Source: an uncultured Candidatus Binatia bacterium (GTDB taxonomy: Bacteria; Desulfobacterota; Binatia; UBA9968; JAJDTQ01). From it: a stretch of DNA of 64,000 bases. The translations under genes and the position numbers were made by a program. This document shows positions 50,017 through 62,094 of this stretch, piece by piece; position 1 is the stretch's first letter, and each line of letters opens with the position of its first letter. Location of the stretch: positions 2,592,001-2,656,000 of the forward strand of contig OZ251459.1 in NCBI GenBank assembly GCA_965242525.1, read 5' to 3'. The notes under the pieces were generated by a model, which was not told where the DNA came from, ran no database searches, and saw only the letters and a program-made list of their open reading frames with translations.

Positions 50017-51690
50017 ATGGCGGAACCACTGAATCGACGCAGCCGGGTCATTACCCAGGGGCCGGACCGGGCGCCGTCCCGGGCCATGCTCAAGGCTGTG
50101 GGGTTGACGGACGAGGACCTGGACCGGCCGCTGGTGGGGGTGGCCAACACGTGGATCGAGGTGATGCCGTGCAACTTCCACCTGCGCCGGTTGTCGGCGC
50201 GGGTCAAGGAGGGCATACGCGCGGCCGGGGGCACGCCCATCGAGTTCAACACGGTGGCGGTCTCTGACGGCATCTCCATGGGCACCGAGGGGATGAAGGC
50301 GTCGCTCATCAGCCGCGAGGTCATCGCCGACTCCATCGAGCTGGTGACCCGCGGACACCTGTTCGACGCGGTGGTGGCCCTGTCCGGCTGCGACAAGACC
50401 ATACCGGGCACGGTGATGGCGCTGGCGCGGCTGGACCTGCCGTCGCTGATGCTCTACGGCGGGTCGATCATGCCGGGGCGGTTCCAGGGCCGCGACGTGA
50501 CCATCCAGGACGTGTTCGAGGGCGTGGGCGCCCACGCGGCCAAGAAGATGACCGACGCGGAGCTCCTGGACCTGGAGAGCCGCGCCTGTCCGGGTCCCGG
50601 GGCCTGCGGCGGGCAGTTCACCGCCAACACCATGGCCACCGCCTTCGAGGTCCTGGGGATCTCCCCGGTGGGCACGGCGAGCGTGCCGGCCATGGACGAG
50701 CGGAAGGACGACGTGGCGTTCCGCGCCGGGGAGATGGTCATGGAGCTCCTGAAGAAGGGCGTGGGCGCGCGCCAGATCATCACCCGGCCCGCGCTGGAGA
50801 ACGCGGTCGCCGCGGTGGCGGCCACCGGCGGCTCCACCAACGGCGTGCTGCACCTGCTCGGGGTGGCGCGCGAAGCGGAGGTGGAGTTGCGCATCGACGA
50901 CTTCGACCGCATCAGCTCCCGGACCCCGTTGATCGCGGACCTGAAGCCCGGCGGCCGGTTCGTGGCCAACGACCTCTACCACGCCGGCGGCGTCCCCCTG
51001 GTGGCGCGCCGTCTGCTGGACGCGGGCCGGCTGGACGGCGGCTGCATGACGGTCACCGGGCGCACCATCGGGGAGGAGGTCCGGGACGTGGAGGAGACCC
51101 CCGGACAGGAGGTGGTGCGGCCGGTGGCGGCGCCGCTGAAGCCCACGGGCGGACTCGTGATCCTCCGGGGCAACCTGGCCCCGGAAGGGTGCGTGGTGAA
51201 GGTGGCGGGCCACGAGCGCAAGCTGCACCGGGGTCCCGCGCGGGTGTTCGACCGGGAGGAGGACTCCTTCCGGGCGGTGCAGAACGGCGAGATCCGGGAG
51301 GGCGACGTGGTGGTGATCCGTTACGAGGGTCCCGTGGGAGGTCCGGGCATGCGCGAGATGCTGGGGGTGACCGCGGCCCTGGTGGGCGCGGGTCTGGGCG
51401 AGTCCGTGGCGCTCCTCACCGACGGCCGGTTCTCGGGCGCCACCCACGGGCTCATGGCCGGCCACGTGGCGCCGGAGGCCGCCCGGGGAGGTCCCATCGC
51501 GGTGGTCCGGGACGGCGACCCCATCGTCTTCGACGTGGACGCCCGGCGCCTGGACGTGGAGGTCTCCGAGCAGGAGATGGACGCGCGCCTGCGCCGGTGG
51601 AAGGCGCCGGAGCCCCGCTACGCCAGCGGCGTCATGGCCAAGTATGCCCGTCTCGTGTCTTCGGCTTCCGAAGGCGCGGTGACGCGTTGA
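50017..51690 (+). CDS. ilvD: Dihydroxy-acid dehydratase
   Basis: [47 protein letters not shown] motifs. Confidence 0.97.
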   Translation: MAEPLNRRSRVITQGPDRAPSRAMLKAVGLTDEDLDRPLVGVANTWIEVMPCNFHLRRLSARVKEGIRAAGGTPIEFNTVAVSDGISMGTEGMKASLISREVIADSIELVTRGHLFDAVVALSGCDKTIPGTVMALARLDLPSLMLYGGSIMPGRFQGRDVTIQDVFEGVGAHAAKKMTDAELLDLESRACPGPGACGGQFTANTMATAFEVLGISPVGTASVPAMDERKDDVAFRAGEMVMELLKKGVGARQIITRPALENAVAAVAATGGSTNGVLHLLGVAREAEVELRIDDFDRISSRTPLIADLKPGGRFVANDLYHAGGVPLVARRLLDAGRLDGGCMTVTGRTIGEEVRDVEETPGQEVVRPVAAPLKPTGGLVILRGNLAPEGCVVKVAGHERKLHRGPARVFDREEDSFRAVQNGEIREGDVVVIRYEGPVGGPGMREMLGVTAALVGAGLGESVALLTDGRFSGATHGLMAGHVAPEAARGGPIAVVRDGDPIVFDVDARRLDVEVSEQEMDARLRRWKAPEPRYASGVMAKYARLVSSASEGAVTR

Positions 51691-51717
51691 CTCGAAATCC
51701 GTTCCGGGGAGGACGAC

Positions 51718-52137
51718 ATGGCCAAGTACAACAAGCTCTCCATGCCCATAAAGGACGTGAAGGACAAGGAGTTCCTGGCGCGCCGCCTGAAGTGCGAAGG
51801 GGTGGGCTTCGGGATCGTCCGCATCAAGCCGGGCAAGGGCGCGGAGTACGTGCACCAGCACCGGGTGCAGGAGGAAGTGTTCATCACCCTCAAGGGCGAC
51901 GGGACCATCATCCTGGACGGCCGCAGGATCGCCATGCCCGAGGGAACCGTCGTCAGGGTCAGCCCGGAAGTCAACCGGGCCATCGGCAACGACTCGAATC
52001 GGGACGTGGTGTTCCTCATCATGGGCGGCGTCCCGCCCAAGGACTTCCCGCTGGGCAGCCGCACGCTCTTCGGCGACGGCATCCCCCATCGGGACAAGGT
52101 CCCGCGCTGGAAGCCGGCCGGGAAGCAGGCCAAGTAG
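51718..52137 (+). CDS. Cupin domain protein
   Basis: HQHRVQEEVFITLKGDG cupin motif 1. Confidence 0.85.
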   Translation: MAKYNKLSMPIKDVKDKEFLARRLKCEGVGFGIVRIKPGKGAEYVHQHRVQEEVFITLKGDGTIILDGRRIAMPEGTVVRVSPEVNRAIGNDSNRDVVFLIMGGVPPKDFPLGSRTLFGDGIPHRDKVPRWKPAGKQAK

Positions 52138-52272
52138 GCGCCCGGCGGACCGGCGGCCGGCAGGCCGCGGAGAGGTCCCGGCGCCGGGCCCGTCCATTGA
52201 ACCCTCGTCCCGGTCGTACTAACATGCACGGCAACCTGCACGGCGCGGAAGAGCCTTCGGGGGACCCACTTC

Positions 52273-52587
52273 ATGAGCGAGCACCAGCGAGACCTGGACC
52301 GCGACGTCGTCGTCGAAACCGAGAAGAAGCTCAAGCGCCCGTCCCTGTTCAAGGTGCTGCTGCACAACGACGACTACACCACCAAGGAGTTCGTGGTCCA
52401 GATCCTGGAGTACGTCTTCCACAAGGACAACACGGAGGCGGTGCAGATCATGCTGCACGTGCACCGGACCGGCATCGGCGTAGCCGGGGTGTACACCTAC
52501 GAGGTGGCGGAGACCAAGGTCAAGACCGTGGAAGGCTTGGCGCGCCAGTACGAGTTCCCGCTCAAGTGCAGCATCGAAGAGGAGTGA
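52273..52587 (+). CDS. clpS: ATP-dependent Clp protease adaptor ClpS
   Basis: VLLHNDDYTTKEFVV, IMLHVH, AETK, FPL motifs. Confidence 0.97.
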   Translation: MSEHQRDLDRDVVVETEKKLKRPSLFKVLLHNDDYTTKEFVVQILEYVFHKDNTEAVQIMLHVHRTGIGVAGVYTYEVAETKVKTVEGLARQYEFPLKCSIEEE

Positions 52588-52588
52588 C

Positions 52589-54832
<2,244 letters not shown>

Positions 54833-54988
54833 TAGGGACGGTGTAGGGATCGCCCCGCGGATCAGCGCCTCTTCCAGGAACGCCGGACTGCAGGCCGAGA
54901 CGCACTCCGGCAGGCAACAGCCAAGCGTCGCGAAGGCCCGCCCCATCGCCCCTGCAGGCACCCAGCCCCTGCGGACGGGACGCCCACC

Positions 54989-55036
54989 TTCCCGCGAAAG
55001 CCCACCCCTCGTCATTCCCGCGAAAGCGGGAATCCA
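54989..55036. repeat. CGTC-type REP (one partial and one full copy)
   Basis: TTCCCGCGAAAGCCCAC then CGTCATTCCCGCGAAAGCGGGAATCCA. Confidence 0.8.
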
Positions 55037-55070
55037 TCTGCCTTACCCACGCGAAAGCCGGAAGAGTCAC

Positions 55071-55463
55071 TCAAATGAACGGGTTGACCACCGTCAGATC
55101 CCCGATGCGCCGGCCGGTCTGGAGGTCTTCCGTCAGCAGGGTGTCGCATCCGGCTTCGAGAGCCGAGGCGATGATCAGCGAGTCATAGAAGTTGAAGCCG
55201 TTGGAGCGGGCAAGAGAGACGGCTTCGGTGTGGGTTGAGACGTCGATGGGACGAACGGGGTCCAACGTGGTCCTCATGTCGGCGATGGCTTCTTCGATCA
55301 CGTCCCAATCCAGACGGAACTTTCGGCGAAGGACTGCGGCGAACTCGTTGAGAACCTGCACGCTGATGACGCCTCCCGTGAGGATCAACTGTCGCGCAAC
55401 CTCGCCTTTGGCGTCGTCGCTTTGGGCATAGACCAGTACGTTGGTGTCGAGGAACGCGGTCAT
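55071..55463 (-). CDS. VapC/PIN toxin
   Basis: FLDTNVLVY, SVQVLNEF, FYDSLIIASA, LLTEDLQ motifs. Confidence 0.92.
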   Translation of the reverse strand: MTAFLDTNVLVYAQSDDAKGEVARQLILTGGVISVQVLNEFAAVLRRKFRLDWDVIEEAIADMRTTLDPVRPIDVSTHTEAVSLARSNGFNFYDSLIIASALEAGCDTLLTEDLQTGRRIGDLTVVNPFI

Positions 55464-55690
55464 CGGGAGTTGGCTTCGTCTCGGTTGAATGCGTAGCCTT
55501 CGGGTATTGGCCAAGCGCGCTTCCGCATCCGCTCAACCGCCAACCGCCGACGCTCATCCTTGGCGACGACGACCCGTTTCGGCGTGGCGGACACCAACTC
55601 CAACTCGTCGCCAGGCTTCAGGCCGAGATCCTCAGCCAACGCCTTGGGCAGTCGGATGGCCAAGCTGTTCCCCCATTTCGAGACCCGCAT
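55460..55690 (-). CDS. AbrB/MazE-family antitoxin
   Basis: KWGNSLAIRLP motif; GGAGGA RBS; ATGA coupling to the toxin. Confidence 0.92.
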   Translation of the reverse strand: MRVSKWGNSLAIRLPKALAEDLGLKPGDELELVSATPKRVVVAKDERRRLAVERMRKRAWPIPEGYAFNRDEANSR

Positions 55691-55908
55691 AATATCCTCC
55701 ATGAGCGTGATATACTCCACAATATCCCACAAAACTTGAAATGGCAAGACTCCCCCAGATCACTGACTCCTGGCCTCCTGGTCGCTCTCTTGCCGTAGGG
55801 AACTCCGATCAAAGGGCTGTCCTGGGTTTACACGGGGAAGCCGCGAAACCCCAGGTTTTAGTCACCACATATTGAATAAACTTATTCATCTGGTATTATC
55901 TGAATCCA

Positions 55909-57294
55909 GTGGCCGTTGCTGATCCCCGCTTTGCACCGCACAACCTTCATCTTGAAGATCCGGACCTGTTTCGCAGCATGGATCCGCAGCTTCGGGAGTT
56001 GTGTCGTCTGCCCGTCGCGTACCGTTACCCCATCCTCGCCCACCTGCCGGCGGATCAGCCGGGGACCTACTCCATTACCGGCGGCCGGAGGGTCGGCAAA
56101 TCGACGGTGCTCAAGCAGTGGATGTGTGACCTGCTGGACCGGGGCGTGAACCCGCAACGCATCCTCTACCTGACCGGAGAACTGATCGACGACCATCACG
56201 CCCTCGTTGCGTTGATTACCAGGACCGCCCCGGACCGCTCCCCCGAACGGCCGGCCTACCTGCTGGTGGACGAAGTGACCTACATTCGCGGCTGGGACCG
56301 CGGCGTCAAGTTCCTGGCCGATGCAGGTCTGCTGGAAGACGTGATCCTGGTCCTCACCGGCTCGGACTCGGTCGTCATCGGCGAAGCCCGCAGGTTCCTT
56401 CCGGGTCGCCGAGGCCGCGCGCCGCGCGTCGATTTCCATCTCTACCCGCTGTCTTTCGCGGAGTACCTCAATGTGACGGGAATCGCCGGCCGCGCCTCGG
56501 GAAGTCCGTTTTCCTCCGAGGCCGCCGCGGTCCTGACCGACGCCTTCCAGCGTTACCTGATGCACGGCGGATACCTGACCGCCATCAACGACATGGCGGC
56601 GCACGGACGCATCGAACCCGCCACCTTTGCGGTGTATTGCGACTGGATTCGCGGCGACATGGCGAAACGCGGCAAACAGGATCATTTCCTCAACGAGGTC
56701 CTTGGCAGCGTGGTCCGGCGTCATGGCAGCCAAGTGACCTGGAACAGCTTGGCGCGGGATCTTTCCATCGACCATCCGGCGACGGTGGCCGACTATATCG
56801 CGCTCCTTTCCCGGATGGACGTGCTCATCGTGCAACACGCGCTGCGGGAAGACCGACTCGCCGCGGCGCCGAAGAAGGCGCGCAAGGTGGCCTTTACCGA
56901 TCCCTTCATCTTCCACGCGGTGCGGAGTTGGCTCGATCCGGTGGAGGACCCCTTCGACACCCAGGTCAAGGAGGCGCTGGCGGACCCCGAGTGGACGGGA
57001 AAGCTGGCCGAAGCCTGCGCCGTAGCGCATCACCATCGCCTGCATCCCACGTTCTACATCAAGGGCGACGGCGAAGTGGACATCGCCTACGTCACCCGCG
57101 GCGGGTTTCAGCCCGTGGAGGTAAAGTGGACCGGCCAAGTCCGCTCGACGGACCTGAAGCAGGCCCGGAAGTATCCCAACAGCGTCATCTGCTCGAAGGC
57201 CGCCATGGCGGACCGCATCCACGGCCTGCCGAACGAGTTGCTGCCCTTGCACCTGCTGCGCCTGGGCCAGTCGCCCTGCTACGTTACTTGGTAG
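55909..57294 (+). CDS. AAA_14 ATPase with DUF4143 (PD-(D/E)XK-like) C-terminus
   Basis: GGRRVGKST, LLVDEV, LTGS, YPLSFAEY, YLMHGGY, EVDI...VEVKW motifs. Confidence 0.88.
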   Translation: MAVADPRFAPHNLHLEDPDLFRSMDPQLRELCRLPVAYRYPILAHLPADQPGTYSITGGRRVGKSTVLKQWMCDLLDRGVNPQRILYLTGELIDDHHALVALITRTAPDRSPERPAYLLVDEVTYIRGWDRGVKFLADAGLLEDVILVLTGSDSVVIGEARRFLPGRRGRAPRVDFHLYPLSFAEYLNVTGIAGRASGSPFSSEAAAVLTDAFQRYLMHGGYLTAINDMAAHGRIEPATFAVYCDWIRGDMAKRGKQDHFLNEVLGSVVRRHGSQVTWNSLARDLSIDHPATVADYIALLSRMDVLIVQHALREDRLAAAPKKARKVAFTDPFIFHAVRSWLDPVEDPFDTQVKEALADPEWTGKLAEACAVAHHHRLHPTFYIKGDGEVDIAYVTRGGFQPVEVKWTGQVRSTDLKQARKYPNSVICSKAAMADRIHGLPNELLPLHLLRLGQSPCYVTW

Positions 57295-57362
57295 CCGGAT
57301 GCGAGGACCAGCAGTTCTCCGGTCTCAACCGGAACGATCCCCTCCGTCTTTGGCTTCCCACC

Positions 57363-57555
57363 TCGTCATTTCCGCGAAAGCCCACCCACGTCATTCCCGC
57401 CGACGCCCACCCACGTCATTCCCGCGAAAGCGGGAATCCATTCAGATCCGCGGAACGGGATTCGACGTGACACCGACAGATGGAACCACGGGGAGTTTTC
57501 ACAAGAATGGATGGATTCCCGCTTTCGCGGGAATGACGGAGGGAGGGGAATGACG
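57363..57555. repeat. CGTC-type REP cluster with inverted pair
   Basis: Three direct CGTCATT(T/C)CCGC units and inverse GGATTCCCGCTTTCGCGGGAATGACG. Confidence 0.85.
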
Positions 57556-57646
57556 GGGGTGGACGAAGGACGGGGGTGGGGGGTCGTGGGATGGACGGGA
57601 TAGGGGCCGCGGGAATGGCAGGATGGGCGTCTGCGGGATGGACGGC

Positions 57647-58819
57647 TCACTCGGACAACATCCCGGGCTCTTCGGCCTTCTTGAGCGGGCTTTCTTCCAG
57701 CAGGTATTCCTGCCGGGCGAGGGTCTCCGAGCGTTCTTCCTGGAGGTAGCGGGCCAGGGCGTTCCGGAAGCGGGGGTCGCAGATGTAGTGGGCGCTGTAG
57801 GTCTTGGCGGGTTCCAGGCCGCGCAGGTTCTTGAAGCTGCCGCCGGCGCCGGCCTCGAAACGGGCCAGGGAACGGTGGATGCAGTGCTCGATGGCGGCGT
57901 AGTAGCACACGTTGAAGTGCAGGTAGCGGTGGTCCTCGAAGGCGCCCCAGTAGCGGCCGTAGAGGGCGTCGGGTCCCCGGAGGTTGAAGGTCCCGGCGAT
58001 GATCCGGTCGCCGCGTCGGGCCACGATGGGACAGAGGAACGGGAAGGGCCGCTTCAGCAACTCGTCGAAGAAACGCGCGTTCAGGTACTGGTTGCCGTAG
58101 TAGAGGCGGTCGATGTGGTGCTTGTACAGTTCGAACAGGGTGCGCTGTATCTCCGGCGTCAGTTCGTCGCAGGCCAGCGCGCGGATGCGGATGCCCTGCT
58201 TGTCCAGCTCCCGCCGCTCCCGCTTGATCTTGTTGCGGCGCTCGCTCCGAAACGCTCCCAGGTAGTCGTCGAAGGTCTCGTAGCCGCGGTTGCGCCAGTG
58301 GAACTGGAGCCCGATCTTCGGGATGAAGTCGAGATGCTCCAGCACATCCATCTCGTCGGCGCTGCAGAAGTTGACGTGGATCGACGACAGCTCGTTGCTG
58401 CGGCAGACCTCCACCAGCGCCCGCCCCAGGAGGCCGACGAGCCCGCGGCGGTCGGTCCCCGCCGCGGTAAGGAAACGCGAGCCCGCCACCGGCGTGAAGG
58501 GCACGCCCACGAGCATCTTGGGGTAGTACCGGATGCCCGACTGCGCGGCGTAGGAAGCCCACTGGTGGTCGAAGACGAACTCTCCCATGCTGTGGGACTT
58601 GAGGTACAGGGGGCAGGCGCCGACCATCTCCCCTCCGCGCTCCACGACGACGTGGTGCGGCGCCCATCCGGTGCGGTCGCAGACGCAGCCCGATGCTTCC
58701 AGGCAGTCCAGCCAGTCCCACTGCATGAAGGGCGAGCCGTCTTGCAGCAGGGCGTTCCAGGTCTCCCTCGACACGTCGGCGATGCGGCGAACGACTCGAA
58801 CCGAGAGCCCTTCCTCCAT
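57647..58819 (-). CDS. FemAB-like GNAT N-acetyltransferase (DUF482)
   Basis: PLYLKSHSMGEFVFDHQWA, YYPK, PFTP, LYGRYWG, LHFNVCYY, FEAGAGG motifs. Confidence 0.9.
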   Translation of the reverse strand: MEEGLSVRVVRRIADVSRETWNALLQDGSPFMQWDWLDCLEASGCVCDRTGWAPHHVVVERGGEMVGACPLYLKSHSMGEFVFDHQWASYAAQSGIRYYPKMLVGVPFTPVAGSRFLTAAGTDRRGLVGLLGRALVEVCRSNELSSIHVNFCSADEMDVLEHLDFIPKIGLQFHWRNRGYETFDDYLGAFRSERRNKIKRERRELDKQGIRIRALACDELTPEIQRTLFELYKHHIDRLYYGNQYLNARFFDELLKRPFPFLCPIVARRGDRIIAGTFNLRGPDALYGRYWGAFEDHRYLHFNVCYYAAIEHCIHRSLARFEAGAGGSFKNLRGLEPAKTYSAHYICDPRFRNALARYLQEERSETLARQEYLLEESPLKKAEEPGMLSE

Positions 58820-58911
58820 GGCGTCACCTGTGGCTCGTGGTCACGAGCGCGTCCTTCGACTCCGCTTCGCTACGCTCAGGACGAACGGGGAGTGGGTTGG
58901 GATCGACATAT

Positions 58912-59050
58912 GGAACCCCTGATCAATTCCGGCTTGAACTTCCTCTTCCTGTGGGAAAGCGCGTCCTTCGACTTCGCTTCGCTACGCTCAGGACGAACGG
59001 AGGGTCTTCACTACGCTCGGGACGAACGGGGACAATTGTTCAGAGGTTCC
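58912..59050. mobile_element. MITE with ATAT target-site duplication within a larger REP cluster (about 58848-59238)
   Basis: GGAACCCCTGATCAATT...AATTGTTCAGAGGTTCC; ATAT at 58908-58911 and 59051-59054. Confidence 0.85.
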
Positions 59051-59238
59051 ATATGGGACAAGGCTCATGAAGCGGCTTCGCCATGCTCAGGGCGAACCGG
59101 GAAGGGAGGGGGTCGGGGTGGATTCCCTCACCCTGGCTCTCCCGTCTTCGTCCGTCCTCGTTCCCGTTCGTCCTGAGCGTAGCGAAGCGAAGTCGAAGGA
59201 CGCGCTCATTCCCCCTGTCCCGATCGTCCGGAGGCTCC

Positions 59239-61932
59239 CTAAGCCTTTCCGGCCAGTTGCCGGAGCACGTACTCCAGGATGCCGCCGTGGCGGTGGTACG
59301 CGAGTTCTGCGGGCGTGTCGATGCGGCAGGTCACCCGGAACGAGGTGACCGCGCCGTTCTCGCCCCTGGCGGTGACCTCCAGTTCCTTGCGAACGCCCAG
59401 GCCGTCGGCCACTCCGGTGATGTCGTAGGTCTCGAAGCCGGTGAGTCCCAGGGACTCGGCGTTCTGGCCCGGCAGGAACTCCAGCGGCAGGATGCCCATG
59501 CCGATGAGGTTGCTGCGGTGGATGCGCTCGAAGCTCTCGACGATGGCGGCCTTGATCCCCAGGAGGCGGGGTCCCTTGGCGGCCCAGTCCCGGGACGAGC
59601 CGGTGCCGTACTCCTTGCCCGCGACCACGATCAGCGGCGTGCCCTCTTCCTGGTACTTCATGGCGGCGTCGAAGATGGACATGGACTCGTTGTCGGGCTG
59701 GTGCACGGTCCAGCCTCCCTCGGTCCCCGGAGCGATCCGGTTCCGCAGCCGCACGTTGGCGAAGGTCCCCCGCATCATGACCTCGTGGTTGCCCCGGCGG
59801 GCGCCGTACTGGTTGAAGTCCCGGGGCTCCACGCCGTGCTCGGCGAGGTAGCGCGCGGCCGGCCCGTTCCGCTCAATGGACCCCGCGGGCGAGATGTGGT
59901 CGGTGGTCACCGAGTCGCCCAGCAGGGCCAGGACCCGGGCCCCCCTGATGTCCGCGGGCGCCTCGGGCTCCGCGGGCATGTGGGCGAAGAAGGGGATCTG
60001 CCGGACGTAGGTGGAGTCCGGGTCCCAGGCGAACAGTTCCCCCTCGGGCGCGGGCATGCTCCGCCACATGTCGTCGCCCTGGAACACGTCGCTGTACTCC
60101 TTGCGGAAGGCGTCCGCGGTCACGCCCCTGCCCACTTCCCGGCGCACTTCCTCGGGCGTGGGCCAGATCTCCCGCAGCATGACCGGCTTCCCTTCCGGGT
60201 CCTCGCCGATGGGGTCGTTGTAGAGGTCCACGTCCACGTTGCCCGCGATGGCGTAGGCCACCACCAGCGGAGGCGACGCCAGGTAGTTGGCCCGGACGCT
60301 GGGATGGATGCGGCCCTCGAAGTTCCGGTTGCCCGAAAGCACGGCGGTGGTCACCAAGTTGCCTTCCCGGATGGCGTTGTCGATGTCGTCCGGCAGCGGT
60401 CCGCCGTTGCCCACGCAGGTGGTGCAGCCATAGCCCACCAGGTGGAAACCCAACTCGCCCAGGGGTTCGAGCAGTCCCGTCCGCTTCAGGTATTCGGTGA
60501 CCACCTTGGAGCCGGGGGCCAGGCTGGTCTTGACCCAGGGCTTGGCCTTCAACCCCCGGGCCGCGGCCTTCTTGGCCAGCAGGCCCGCGCCCACCATCAC
60601 CGACGGGTTGGACGTGTTGGTGCAGCTCGTGATGGCGGAGATCACCACCGAGCCGTGGGTGAGGTCGTAGGAATCGCCGTTCTGCTGCACGCGCACGCGG
60701 CTCGGGGCGTCGCCGCCCTTCATGCTCGGCAGGACCTCGGCGAAGGCCTGCTTCACGCCCCGCAGCGGCACCCGGTCCTGGGGCCGGCGGGGACCCGCCA
60801 AGCTGGGCTCCACCTCCCCCAGGTCGAGATCCAGGGTGTCGGTGAACACCGGGTCCGGCGTGTCGTCCGTGCGGAACAGGCCCTGCTCCTTGCAGTACGC
60901 CTCCACCAGGGCGATGAGCTCGGGACTCCGGTTCGACAGCTTCAGGTACTCCAGGGTCTCGTGGTCCACCGGGAAGAAGCCCACCGTGGCGCCGTACTCC
61001 GGGGCCATGTTGCCGATGGTGGCCCGGTCCGCCAGCGCCAAGCTGGACAGCCCCGGGCCGTAGAACTCCACGAACTTCTCCACCACGCCCTTCCGGCGCA
61101 GCATCTGCACGATGGTGAGCACCAGGTCGGTGGCGGTGGCGCCCTCGGGCAACCGGCCGTGCAGCTTGAAGCCGATGACCTCGGGGATGCGCATGATGAG
61201 CGGTTGCCCCAGCATGGCGGCCTCGGCCTCGATGCCGCCCACGCCCCAGCCCAGGACCCCCAGCCCGTTGATCATCGGGGTGTGGGAGTCGGCGCCCACC
61301 AGGGTGTCCGGGTAGGCCAGGGCGTGGCCGTCGGAATCCCTGGTGAAGACCACCTTGCCGAGGAACTCCAGGTTGACTTGGTGGACGATGCCCGTGTCCG
61401 GCGGCACCACGCTGAAGTTGTCGAAGGCCTTCTGGCCCCAACGCAGGAACGCGTAACGTTCGCGGTTGCGCTCGTATTCGAGGCCGGAGTTGAAGGCGAA
61501 CGCTTCGCTGGAACCGAAGTGGTCCACCTGCACGGAGTGGTCGATGACCAGGTCCACGGGCTGCAACGGGTTGATCCGCGCCGGGTCGCCGCCCAGGCGT
61601 CGGATGCCTTCCCGCATGGCGGCCAGATCGACGATGGCCGGGACCCCGGTGAGGTCCTGCAACAGGATGCGCGCCGGCATGAAGGCGATCTCCCGGTCGG
61701 ACTCGGCGGCCGGGTCCCAGCCCGCCAGCCCCTGGATGTCGGCGCCGGTCACGTGCCGGTCGTCCTCGCAACGGAGCAGGTTCTCCAGCAGGACCTTGAG
61801 GGAGAAGGGCAGCCGGTCCACCGGCAGGGATGTCTCCCGGGCCAGGGAATCGAGCCGGTAGATTCGGTAGCGGTTGCCGCCCGCCTCGAGGGGGGCGGCG
61901 GTGTGGAACGTGTCGATGCTGTTCGATGCCAT
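59239..61932 (-). CDS. acnA: Aconitate hydratase A
   Basis: LQDLTG, DHSVQVD, DSHT, AITSCTNTSN, GYGCTTC, GSSRDWAAKG motifs. Confidence 0.97.
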   Translation of the reverse strand: MASNSIDTFHTAAPLEAGGNRYRIYRLDSLARETSLPVDRLPFSLKVLLENLLRCEDDRHVTGADIQGLAGWDPAAESDREIAFMPARILLQDLTGVPAIVDLAAMREGIRRLGGDPARINPLQPVDLVIDHSVQVDHFGSSEAFAFNSGLEYERNRERYAFLRWGQKAFDNFSVVPPDTGIVHQVNLEFLGKVVFTRDSDGHALAYPDTLVGADSHTPMINGLGVLGWGVGGIEAEAAMLGQPLIMRIPEVIGFKLHGRLPEGATATDLVLTIVQMLRRKGVVEKFVEFYGPGLSSLALADRATIGNMAPEYGATVGFFPVDHETLEYLKLSNRSPELIALVEAYCKEQGLFRTDDTPDPVFTDTLDLDLGEVEPSLAGPRRPQDRVPLRGVKQAFAEVLPSMKGGDAPSRVRVQQNGDSYDLTHGSVVISAITSCTNTSNPSVMVGAGLLAKKAAARGLKAKPWVKTSLAPGSKVVTEYLKRTGLLEPLGELGFHLVGYGCTTCVGNGGPLPDDIDNAIREGNLVTTAVLSGNRNFEGRIHPSVRANYLASPPLVVAYAIAGNVDVDLYNDPIGEDPEGKPVMLREIWPTPEEVRREVGRGVTADAFRKEYSDVFQGDDMWRSMPAPEGELFAWDPDSTYVRQIPFFAHMPAEPEAPADIRGARVLALLGDSVTTDHISPAGSIERNGPAARYLAEHGVEPRDFNQYGARRGNHEVMMRGTFANVRLRNRIAPGTEGGWTVHQPDNESMSIFDAAMKYQEEGTPLIVVAGKEYGTGSSRDWAAKGPRLLGIKAAIVESFERIHRSNLIGMGILPLEFLPGQNAESLGLTGFETYDITGVADGLGVRKELEVTARGENGAVTSFRVTCRIDTPAELAYHRHGGILEYVLRQLAGKA

Positions 61933-62094
61933 GATGATGGGCTCCTCGATGTGTCTTTGGGGTCCACGCAGCGCGGGAAACGCAGGCGGATGGCCGACCC
62001 GGGGCCTGGAAACCTTCCCTATCTAGCGTAACGGGGGCGGCTTTCCAAACCGCCCGGAACCGGTCCGTACCGGCGAGGGGGGCGCCCGCAGGAC

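Noticed and set aside
49834-52197. N-terminal 788 aa of the 1196-aa minus-strand ORF
   Set aside because: Antisense shadow of ilvD and the cupin gene; real coding begins at ATG 49833.
55819-55853. Possible riboswitch hairpin upstream of the DUF4143 ATPase
   Set aside because: Only an imperfect stem; no match to riboswitch consensus motifs that I can recognise.
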